Assembly (NCBI GenBank): GCA_964421145.1
Contig: CAYQVM010000001.1
Span: 6,108 to 45,310 of the forward strand
Direction of reading: 5' to 3'
DNA length: 39,203 nt
Source of the DNA: an uncultured Planctomycetia bacterium
Lineage (GTDB): Bacteria; Omnitrophota; Gorgyraeia; JABMQH01
In this document: positions 15,455-22,220 of the stretch, piece by piece
How the letters are laid out: each line of letters opens with the position of its first letter
Position numbering within the stretch: the stretch's first letter is position 1
Position numbers and translations under genes: made by a program
Notes under the pieces: model-generated
Seen by the model: the letters and a program-made list of their open reading frames with translations, nothing else
Databases searched by the model: none
What the model was told of the DNA's origin: nothing

Positions 15455-16270
15455 CTCATAAACGTGTCCTTTTATTTCCTCGACCGCCCTCTTTATCAAA
15501 TCCAGGTTTATATGGCGCGTCTCGAGGACAAACCCAAAAAGCAACGCCCTGTCGCATGCCATGTTAATAAGCCTCGGAACCCCTTCGGAAAACTTATAAA
15601 TTTCGTCAATGGCGTCGCTTGAAAATTTTATGCTCCCGTCCGAACCGGCTACCCTCAATCTATGTTCTATATAGGCCTCGAGTTCTTCGGCATCCAGGGG
15701 GGCAATATGATAGCGGATGCTAATCCGCTGCCTCAGCTGGGCCAAATCCGGCGAATTAAGCTTATCTCTTAACTCCGGCTGGCCGACCAAAACTATCTGT
15801 ATCAGTTTTTCTTTCTCTGTCTCAAGGTTTGACAGAAGCCGTATCTGCTCAAGCAGGGAAGACTTCAGATTCTGCGCCTCATCAATGATAAGAACCACGT
15901 TATTGCGCAGGGCAAGCTGATTTATTAAAAACCTGTTCAGGAGATGGAATATCGTAAGCTTCTTCGCCTTCTTGGGCAGCTGTATGCCGAAATCCTCGGC
16001 AATGGACTCCAGCAATTGAAGCTCTGAAAGATCGGGGTTGATAACAAAAGCGGTTTTTACCTTTCTGTCAAATTTATTAAGGAGGGCCTTGCAAAGGGTG
16101 GTTTTGCCTGTTCCGATTTCGCCCGTAACCTCCAAGAAGCCCTTGCGCTGCTCTATACCATAGGTCAAGAAGGCAAGCGCCTCTTTGTGTTTCCGGCTCA
16201 TGAATAAAAAATTCGGGTCGCTTGTTACATTGAAGGGGTTTTCCCTGAGCTTGAAAAATTCTATATACAT
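15422..16270 (-). CDS. ExeA/GspA/MshM-like AAA ATPase
   Basis: N-terminus FFKLRENPFNVTSDPNFLF, Walker A GEIGTGKTT and Walker B LIIDEAQNL. The last 11 codons and the stop are encoded by element copy A. Confidence 0.85.
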   Translation of the reverse strand: MYIEFFKLRENPFNVTSDPNFLFMSRKHKEALAFLTYGIEQRKGFLEVTGEIGTGKTTLCKALLNKFDRKVKTAFVINPDLSELQLLESIAEDFGIQLPKKAKKLTIFHLLNRFLINQLALRNNVVLIIDEAQNLKSSLLEQIRLLSNLETEKEKLIQIVLVGQPELRDKLNSPDLAQLRQRISIRYHIAPLDAEELEAYIEHRLRVAGSDGSIKFSSDAIDEIYKFSEGVPRLINMACDRALLFGFVLETRHINLDLIKRAVEEIKGHVYEPSPSYERGTG

Positions 16271-16322
16271 ATATACGCCTTAAATCATTATACTAAATAT
16301 AACATAATATTGCAAATTTTTC

Positions 16323-16351
16323 TTGCTTTTAACAAAAATTGCCTGTATACT
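16323..16351 (+). promoter_or_regulatory. Putative promoter for the PilZ gene (near-leaderless)
   Basis: TTGCTT, 17 nt, TATACT. ATG 16361 is 9 nt downstream of the -10 and has no SD. Confidence 0.35.
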
Positions 16352-16360
16352 AGGCAATGT

Positions 16361-16717
16361 ATGTGGCGAGGAATAAACAATAGGCGATTCCCCAGGGCAA
16401 TCTACAAATGCCTTATTACAATAGGCACTAAGGGAGCCGCCAAGTATTTTCTCACACACACCGAGAATATCGGGGTGGGGGGCATATGCGTTTCCCTGGA
16501 AGAAGGGCTCGGCGTATTTAATGAAGTTGATATTGAATTAGCCTTAAAAGATGGCCTGCCTCCGATAAAATGTAAAGGTAATGTCGTTTGGGTTATAAAA
16601 AGCCAAATAGTTAAAAACAGTGTGCGAACAACCAAATTTGACACTGGCATAGAATTTGTAAACCTGAAAGAGGACGATCAGGCAAGAATCGAGAATTTAG
16701 TAGAAAAATTGATTTAA
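16361..16717 (+). CDS. Single-domain PilZ protein
   Basis: RRFPR (RxxxR) at residues 8-12 from ATG 16361, and NIGVGG (degenerate D/NxSxxG). The track start at 16310 (TTG) lies upstream of the predicted promoter. Confidence 0.7.
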   Translation: MWRGINNRRFPRAIYKCLITIGTKGAAKYFLTHTENIGVGGICVSLEEGLGVFNEVDIELALKDGLPPIKCKGNVVWVIKSQIVKNSVRTTKFDTGIEFVNLKEDDQARIENLVEKLI

Positions 16718-16736
16718 TAACAAGGGAGGTGGGGCA

Positions 16737-16979
16737 ATGAGCAAAACTTTTACAAGATTAGCGCTTGTGGTTATAGGGATGGGGGTAATTCTGAACATGG
16801 CAACTCCGAGTTATGCCCAGGACGCTACCAAAAAATTAGGCAGAGGGCTTGTAAATATTCTTACCGGCTGGATAGAGCTGCCTAAGAATATATATGAAAC
16901 AGTTACCTTCCCATTTCCTCTACCTCAAGAATATAAGCCAATTTTAGAGCCGGAATATGTCTTGGAAAAAAGCAAATAA
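16737..16979 (+). CDS. Exported TIGR04073-like protein, short form with an apparent internal deletion
   Basis: Signal peptide plus KKLGRGLVNILTGWIELPKNIYE. Compared with the paralog at 19618-19947 it lacks about 28 residues between NIYET and VTFP. Confidence 0.5.
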   Translation: MSKTFTRLALVVIGMGVILNMATPSYAQDATKKLGRGLVNILTGWIELPKNIYETVTFPFPLPQEYKPILEPEYVLEKSK

Positions 16980-16996
16980 AAAACGGCGGGGAGAGC

Positions 16997-17356
16997 GTGA
17001 CCGAGAGACGAAAGTTCCTGCGTTTTAGCTCAAATGTCGGCATAGAGTATCGAATTAACAACGAAAGAGAAATGAGCGGCTCAACGTACATAAAAGACCT
17101 GAGTCGGGAAGGCCTGCGCTTTTTAATGCCGCGGCGAGTAGAAAACGGCACCATCCTGGACCTTAAATTCCTGTTGCCCGGTGATAAAAAACCCATATAT
17201 ATTACAGGAGAGGTTGTCTGGATAAACGAATATGAGGAATCTAGGGGTTTTGGATATGCGGTGGGCGTTAAATTTTATAAAATAGATAACTTTGACAGGG
17301 TGAGGCTTCTTGATCATGCTTACAGCGAATGGCTGAAATCAAGCAAGCCTCAATAA
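16997..17356 (+). CDS. Single-domain PilZ protein
   Basis: GTG start. RKFLR (RxxxR) and DLSREG (DxSxxG). Confidence 0.75.
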   Translation: MTERRKFLRFSSNVGIEYRINNEREMSGSTYIKDLSREGLRFLMPRRVENGTILDLKFLLPGDKKPIYITGEVVWINEYEESRGFGYAVGVKFYKIDNFDRVRLLDHAYSEWLKSSKPQ

Positions 17357-17371
17357 TACAAAACGAAAACT

Positions 17372-17530
17372 ATGGAAGAAACTGTAAAAAAAGTCAAGCC
17401 AACCAACTGCGCAAAATGCAACAAGCCGCTTAAAAAGAAGATTTGGTATTACAGAAACGGAAAGCATTATTGCGGTAAATCATGCTGGAGCGCCTCCCTT
17501 AAGACAGAAAAGGCGCCTTCGCCCGCTTAA
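17372..17530 (+). CDS. Small zinc-ribbon-like protein (52 aa; below the ORF-track cutoff)
   Basis: My translation: MEETVKKVKPTNCAKCNKPLKKKIWYYRNGKHYCGKSCWSASLKTEKAPSPA. The CxxC...YCxxxC pattern is like TRASH/FCS-type zinc fingers. It fills an otherwise empty 200-nt gap. Confidence 0.4.
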   Translation: MEETVKKVKPTNCAKCNKPLKKKIWYYRNGKHYCGKSCWSASLKTEKAPSPA

Positions 17531-17564
17531 TCTTGTTACCTGCTTCCTATAAAGGCAAATCCAT

Positions 17565-17957
17565 ATGGAACACATAGCGCCGGCCTTGTTATACTCAGTA
17601 ATGTGCGATGACGTGAGGCGGGAGGACAACGGAAAATTCCTCCTTATAGGTTTGTTTGAGGCAATAGGCGCTAAGGCCTTTCCGATTATGCACCCTACAT
17701 TTTACGTTGTGAACTGTTGGTGCAGCGGACTCGGCGCATTCAAACAAAAAACGAGAATAACCAATAAAGAAGGCGCTGTGGTCGCGGAAGACGCAGAAAC
17801 AGCCTTTTCCTTGAACAGCCTAAAATCGAAATACAAGGTGGTTGCGCGGTTCAACAATTTACAACTCGAAAAACCGGATGAATACGCAGTAGAGATCATG
17901 CTGAACAACGACCTTAAAATCCGGTATCCATTGTTGGTCGAAAGGGTTGACAGCTGA
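17565..17957 (+). CDS. Hypothetical protein (130 aa), first gene of a four-gene overlapping operon
   Basis: ORF with no motif I can name (N-terminus LLYSVMCDDVRREDNGKFLLIGLF). Its stop overlaps the next start (TGATG). Confidence 0.5.
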   Translation: MEHIAPALLYSVMCDDVRREDNGKFLLIGLFEAIGAKAFPIMHPTFYVVNCWCSGLGAFKQKTRITNKEGAVVAEDAETAFSLNSLKSKYKVVARFNNLQLEKPDEYAVEIMLNNDLKIRYPLLVERVDS

Positions 17958-18442
17958 TGCTACATATTCAGATTATCCTAATAGTCGTATTATGTTCCAT
18001 ACTAGCGGCTCTTTATCTTGATGAAAAACAAAAAAACAAAATAAAGTTTCCGACCGGGAGGTTGATTCAGATTTGGGATGGCAGCGAAAGACGGCGCTAC
18101 GTGAGGGTAGGCACAAACGTGCCCATCAGGTATCGCCTGTCCAAAGAATCCAATAATCCTGTCAAGGCAATAAAGACAAAAGATATAAGTGTCGGCGGCA
18201 TATGCATGACCGTTAACGAAAAATTGAGCCCTCATTTAAAGTTATGCCTGGAGATCGAAACGCCGGGATTTCCGAGTCCGGTTTGCGCCAGGGGAGAGGT
18301 AGTCTGGGTCAAAGACAACACTGAAGATAAGAATAATGACGGAATAAGATATTTTAACGTAGGCATAGAATTTAAAGAGGTTCAGCCAAAAGAGAAGGAG
18401 CGGCTTTTTAAATATATTAAAGAATTAAACAAAGATGGGTAA
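17957..18442 (+). CDS. Membrane-anchored PilZ protein
   Basis: N-terminal TM helix (IQIILIVVLCSILAALYL), then RRYVR (RxxxR) and DISVGG (DxSxxG). Confidence 0.75.
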   Translation: MLHIQIILIVVLCSILAALYLDEKQKNKIKFPTGRLIQIWDGSERRRYVRVGTNVPIRYRLSKESNNPVKAIKTKDISVGGICMTVNEKLSPHLKLCLEIETPGFPSPVCARGEVVWVKDNTEDKNNDGIRYFNVGIEFKEVQPKEKERLFKYIKELNKDG

Positions 18443-18965
18443 AGTTAAATTTCCAAGGCCCGTCAAGTTCCTTGTCGGACTGATCACCAATAACAATTCG
18501 CTCATTGAAAAAGTGAGGAAACTCCTTATAAAAAAATTCGGCCCGGTAGATTGCGAAAGCGGGTTGTTTGATTTTTCCTTCACCAGGTACTATAACGATG
18601 AAATGGGCGAAAACCTTAAAAGGGAATTCCTGGCCTTTGAAAAACCTGTTAGCCTGGAAAATATCGGCTCAACAAAAATTCTGACTAACAGGCTTGAAGA
18701 AAAGTTCTCGCTAAAAGGTAAAAGAAAAATTAATATAGACCCCGGCTACATCTCGTTAAGCGCCCTGGTCCTTTTGACAACCAAAGAATATTATCATCGC
18801 CTTTATCTCGGCAAGGGTATATACGCGGAAGTCACGCTTTATTATAAAGATAAGTCCTTTCGGCCCTTTGAGTGGACATACCCGGATTACCGATCCAGGG
18901 AGTATCTGGATTTTTTTAATCTCGTCAGGGAGAAGCACTTTTTACAATCAAAGAACAGATGTTAA
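18435..18965 (+). CDS. DUF4416-like protein
   Basis: FDFSFTRYYNDEMG, INIDPGYISL and LVLLTTKEYYHRLYLGKGIYAEVTL match my recollection of the DUF4416 family. 8-nt overlap with the upstream gene. Confidence 0.5.
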   Translation: MGKVKFPRPVKFLVGLITNNNSLIEKVRKLLIKKFGPVDCESGLFDFSFTRYYNDEMGENLKREFLAFEKPVSLENIGSTKILTNRLEEKFSLKGKRKINIDPGYISLSALVLLTTKEYYHRLYLGKGIYAEVTLYYKDKSFRPFEWTYPDYRSREYLDFFNLVREKHFLQSKNRC

Positions 18966-19525
18966 AGAAAAAAAACATATACGTAATACTTGTTTCCGCC
19001 CTTATCGCATTTCTGGTCATCATTTCTTCATTCTTGAGCTTCATCATATATTGGCAATGGCGTCAATTGAGATTGGCGTATAATTATTATGAGACCCTTG
19101 AAGAAGGGGATACGATTTCTTATGCCAAAAATCTTGAACTAGATTCATTTAGAATCAGCCTGGTTTTCCATAGGTACGTAGTAGTGATAGGCAAGATCAA
19201 AAACAAGGGGAAAAGGACCATAACGTCCACTGCCTTAAAGATAGATTTCCTCGACAGCTTAAACAACCCGGTATATAGCAGCGACATATACCCCCTGGAA
19301 CCCTTCCAGCCTACAAGGTCTTTTAAAAAGATGCGGTTTACTTATTTTGCTTTCTTGAAAGGCCCGGTGATAGAATCGAACAAAGCGGTTGTTTTCAGAT
19401 ACCACCTATGGCAGTGTCCTAAAAGATTTATGAAAATGCTAAGAAACGGATCTTTTTCCAATAAGCCGGGAGAGTGGTCCGGAAAAATATCTGCCAAGGT
19501 AATTAAAGTAAAACTTAAACCGTAA
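18959..19525 (+). CDS. Membrane-anchored hypothetical protein
   Basis: N-terminal TM helix (IYVILVSALIAFLVIISSFLSFIIY) followed by a ~130-aa beta-rich region. 7-nt overlap with the upstream gene. Confidence 0.5.
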   Translation: MLKKKNIYVILVSALIAFLVIISSFLSFIIYWQWRQLRLAYNYYETLEEGDTISYAKNLELDSFRISLVFHRYVVVIGKIKNKGKRTITSTALKIDFLDSLNNPVYSSDIYPLEPFQPTRSFKKMRFTYFAFLKGPVIESNKAVVFRYHLWQCPKRFMKMLRNGSFSNKPGEWSGKISAKVIKVKLKP

Positions 19526-19549
19526 TAACTAAATAGCCTTATACATAAT

Positions 19550-19578
19550 TTGACAAACGCTGGATTTTATGATATACT
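19550..19578 (+). promoter_or_regulatory. Putative sigma70-type promoter
   Basis: TTGACA (19550-19555), 17 nt, TATACT (19573-19578), about 40 nt upstream of ATG 19618. Confidence 0.45.
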
Positions 19579-19617
19579 TTGACACAACATAGAGTAAAGG
19601 AAAAAGGGGGTGAATAT

Positions 19618-19947
19618 ATGCAGAGAGTTTTAATTGCCTTATTATTAGTAGTATCGATAGTCACGGTCTCTTCTTCAGCTGTGCTTGCAGCAAGCAACCC
19701 GGCCAGCACCAAAATGACAAGGGGATGCAAAAACTTGGGCCTTGGGTGGACAGAGATACCAAAGCAGATCATTGATACATCAAAGCAATCGAATGTCATA
19801 GCAGGCGTTACCGTAGGGTTGGTAAAAGGCGTCTTGCAGGCTTTTGCGCGTACCGTATCCGGCGCGGTTGATGTAGTCACGTTTCCGGTAGGTGCTTATG
19901 ACAGGCCTGCCTTGAAACCATCCATGGTGACTGAAGACACAAAATAG
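19618..19947 (+). CDS. Exported TIGR04073-family protein (full length)
   Basis: SD AAAGGGGG, a signal peptide, and KNLGLGWTEIPKQI ... SGAVDVVTFPVG. I recall this pattern from the exosortase-associated TIGR04073 family. ATG 19618 preferred over the track start at 19579. Confidence 0.6.
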   Translation: MQRVLIALLLVVSIVTVSSSAVLAASNPASTKMTRGCKNLGLGWTEIPKQIIDTSKQSNVIAGVTVGLVKGVLQAFARTVSGAVDVVTFPVGAYDRPALKPSMVTEDTK

Positions 19948-19963
19948 ATAGTATATAAATATA

Positions 19964-20024
19964 TCCCCCATCGCTTTAAAGGGAAACAGAAAAGTTGCAT
20001 ATATATCCTTTAAAGGGTGGGGGA
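19964..20024 (+). other. Imperfect 61-nt hairpin with nested TTTAAA palindromes in an intergenic region
   Basis: TCCCCCA (19964-19970) pairs with TGGGGGA (20018-20024). CTTTAAAGG (19974-19982) pairs with CCTTTAAAG (20007-20015). No clear U-tract follows. Confidence 0.4.
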
Positions 20025-20044
20025 ATTTGTTAGCTGCTTGTTTT

Positions 20045-20566
20045 ATGAAACGCGAAAACTTAAAAGAATACACCTACCTGCTCATCGCTATAACTTCTAT
20101 ATTCTACATTTTTGGTTCTCTAAAAGCCGGGGCACTCCGTAAAAGCCCAGCGGATATAAAAAATGGGGCTTTTCTTCCTCAAACAGCCGTTGTGACGCGT
20201 GCTATTGACGGAGATACAATAGTGATCGATACGGGCTATCGCCTTAGGTATATTGGCGTTAATACGCCTGAAACAAAACATCCTCAAAGGTTGGTTGAAT
20301 TTTTCGGAAAAGAGGCATCAGAATATAATAAAAAACTCGTTACCGGCAAAAAAGTGCGGTTAGAATATGATGTTCGGAAGTCCGACAGATACGGGAGGCT
20401 GCTGGCCTACGTTTATGTAGGAGACACATTTGTAAATGCGGAACTTGTAAAAGAGGGCTATGCCCAGGTCTATACAGTGCCACCTAATGTTAAACATGCC
20501 GAGCTTTTTTTGAGGCTCGAAAGAGACGCAAGGGCCATGAAAAAGGGTTTGTGGTTGACGAAATGA
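20045..20566 (+). CDS. Thermonuclease (staphylococcal nuclease, SNase-like), membrane-anchored or secreted
   Basis: AIDGDTIVI, RYIGVNTPETKHP, DRYGRLLAYVYV and VNAELVKEGYA motifs. N-terminal hydrophobic segment. Confidence 0.85.
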   Translation: MKRENLKEYTYLLIAITSIFYIFGSLKAGALRKSPADIKNGAFLPQTAVVTRAIDGDTIVIDTGYRLRYIGVNTPETKHPQRLVEFFGKEASEYNKKLVTGKKVRLEYDVRKSDRYGRLLAYVYVGDTFVNAELVKEGYAQVYTVPPNVKHAELFLRLERDARAMKKGLWLTK

Positions 20567-20609
20567 ACTATTTGTGTTATACTTGGGTAAAATATCGCAG
20601 GGATAATAT

Positions 20610-20960
20610 ATGGGAAAGGCCATTGAAGAAAAACGGAAATATTTACGTTTGAATAACGCGCTAGAGACTGAATACACGCTGTCAAATTCGGACAGAAGAT
20701 ATTTGGCTACGACAAAAGATATCAGCGCCGTAGGTTTGAGGATTTCTACGCCTCAGAAATTAGAAGAGGGCTCCAATATAGAAATCACATTAAAATTACC
20801 TAATGCGCAAAGCGCGGTTCACGCCTCCGGGCGCGTAGCCTGGTCAAAAAAAACCACCCCTGAAGATAAGCTGTTTGACTCCGGCGTAGAATTTTTGAAA
20901 ATTGAAGACGACAATAAGAATACGTTTCTTAAGTATTTGTGTGATTTGATCTATGGGTAA
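20610..20960 (+). CDS. Single-domain PilZ protein
   Basis: RKYLR (RxxxR) and DISAVG (DxSxxG). 116 aa. Confidence 0.75.
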   Translation: MGKAIEEKRKYLRLNNALETEYTLSNSDRRYLATTKDISAVGLRISTPQKLEEGSNIEITLKLPNAQSAVHASGRVAWSKKTTPEDKLFDSGVEFLKIEDDNKNTFLKYLCDLIYG

Positions 20961-21381
20961 GGAGCCTATGAGAAAAAACTTGGTTTATGGTATGGAATTT
21001 CAAAAAACCGAAATTCCAACCACTGAAAATCGCCTAAAGGTTATCGCGAAGCGATTTTCTTGTGCGCTAGGTATTGTCGTTCTGCTGGGCATAATGGGTT
21101 GCGCTGAACTGACAACTCCGGATCCCAATAAGCCAACCTCTCACCCGCTTGGTTTTGGCCCAATTGAGATAGGTATGACAAAAGATGAAATCAAATCTTT
21201 TTGGGGCGAGCCGGACCTGATCCGGGACATCGCTGAAAGCAAAGATAAGGGGGCTACCCAAAAAGAAGAGTGGGTTTACTACGGCCGGGTAAACCAGCTG
21301 CCTGTAAATTACGGTTATCTTGCTAAAGCTCTCCATTTATACTTCGACGGCAAAAACCTCACAGGCTACAAATACGAATGA
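20953..21381 (+). CDS. Lipoprotein with a BamE/SmpA-OmlA-like domain
   Basis: Lipobox LGIMGC and IEIGMTKDEIKSFWGEPD. The exact start is uncertain (ATGs at 20953, 20968 and 20992). Confidence 0.5.
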   Translation: MGKEPMRKNLVYGMEFQKTEIPTTENRLKVIAKRFSCALGIVVLLGIMGCAELTTPDPNKPTSHPLGFGPIEIGMTKDEIKSFWGEPDLIRDIAESKDKGATQKEEWVYYGRVNQLPVNYGYLAKALHLYFDGKNLTGYKYE

Positions 21382-21430
21382 ACCCAGCCCCTCCTATAGA
21401 AGGCAACTGGGTTAGTAGGAGGGGCTGGGT
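21382..21430 (+). repeat. Palindromic SD-GUG element, copy B
   Basis: ACCCAGCCCCTCCT (21382-21395) and AGGAGGGGCTGGGT (21417-21430) with a 21-nt loop. Starts 1 nt after the upstream stop (21379-21381). Confidence 0.85.
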
Positions 21431-21629
21431 GAAAAAAAATTGGTTGCACTACTTAGCGTGCATAGTTGCACCGCATATCATGCTTTTTGTCGGTCTAATA
21501 TACCTAACCAAACAGGATATTAATAAAAAAGCTATGGGTAAAAGGATTTGCATCCTGTCCAGCATCGTGCTTATTACCGGTAGTTTAATATATTACATGT
21601 TTTTCACGCCTATTTTTGGCCTGGATTGA
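21429..21629 (+). CDS. Small two-TM membrane protein (66 aa from GTG 21429; alternatively 83 aa from ATG 21378)
   Basis: Hydrophobic segments LACIVAPHIMLFVGLIYL and ILSSIVLITGSLIYYMFF. GTG 21429 has the same AGGAGG-6 nt-GTG geometry as copies A and D. Bracketed by element copies B and C. Confidence 0.45.
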   Translation: MKKNWLHYLACIVAPHIMLFVGLIYLTKQDINKKAMGKRICILSSIVLITGSLIYYMFFTPIFGLD

Positions 21630-21677
21630 CCCAGCCCTTCCTAAAGAAGGCAACTGGGTTAGCAGGAAGGGCTGGGT
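21629..21677 (+). repeat. Palindromic element, copy C (stem with compensatory C>T / G>A change; terminator-like context)
   Basis: ACCCAGCCCTTCCT (21629-21642) and AGGAAGGGCTGGGT (21664-21677), followed by TGATTTTTC. No ORF follows. Confidence 0.85.
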
Positions 21678-21686
21678 TGATTTTTC

Positions 21687-21715
21687 TTGACAAAATGCCC
21701 CCCGCATGCTATCCT
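21687..21715 (+). promoter_or_regulatory. Putative promoter of the cold-shock gene (predicts a ~165-nt 5' UTR)
   Basis: TTGACA (21687-21692), 17 nt, TATCCT (21710-21715). Confidence 0.45.
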
Positions 21716-21791
21716 TGATAAAGTATTTATATTGAATTGGAGTTAATAGGTTAGTGGAAGATTTTTTTATTAGATTCGACTGTAATTTATC

Positions 21792-21836
21792 CCGCATTCG
21801 GTACAAGAAAAAGCATATTTTCTGTACGGGATGCGG
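21792..21836 (+). promoter_or_regulatory. Long imperfect hairpin inside the csp 5' UTR
   Basis: CCGCAT..ATGCGG outer pairs, GGTACA/TGTACG middle pairs and AGAAAA/TTTTCT inner pairs, followed by CATTTTATTAC. Confidence 0.4.
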
Positions 21837-21886
21837 CATTTTATTACTTACTCCAAATCTAATTCAGGGAAGGAGGTTAGTTTTCA

Positions 21887-22090
21887 GTGCCGACAGGAAC
21901 AGTAAAATGGTTTAGCGACCAAAAAGGTTACGGCTTCATCGTGCCAGACGGCGGGGGAAAAGATATATTCGTGCACCACACCGGTATTGAAGGGGCGGGT
22001 TTTAAGTCTCTCAAAGAAGGCGATAAAGTCCAGTACGAAGTATCTCAAAGCCCTAAGGGCGAGCAGGCAGTAAAGGTCGCTAAAATATAA
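21887..22090 (+). CDS. cspA: Cold-shock protein (CspA family)
   Basis: [15 protein letters not shown] (RNP-1) and DIFVHH (RNP-2). GTG start with AGGAGG 10 nt upstream. Confidence 0.9.
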   Translation: MPTGTVKWFSDQKGYGFIVPDGGGKDIFVHHTGIEGAGFKSLKEGDKVQYEVSQSPKGEQAVKVAKI

Positions 22091-22118
22091 TTTAGTTATA
22101 ACCTTTAACCCTAAGACA

Positions 22119-22156
22119 AAACCCACTTATTGTTCTTGATAAGTGGGTTTTTCTTT
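22119..22156 (+). terminator. Rho-independent terminator of cspA
   Basis: AAACCCACTTAT / ATAAGTGGGTTT forms a 12-bp stem with an 8-nt loop, followed by TTTTTCTTT. Confidence 0.8.
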
Positions 22157-22220
22157 ATTCATAAGAATAGCAAACTTGCTTTTTTAAGAATTTAGTGTAT
22201 ACTAATCTCATAAATACCAT

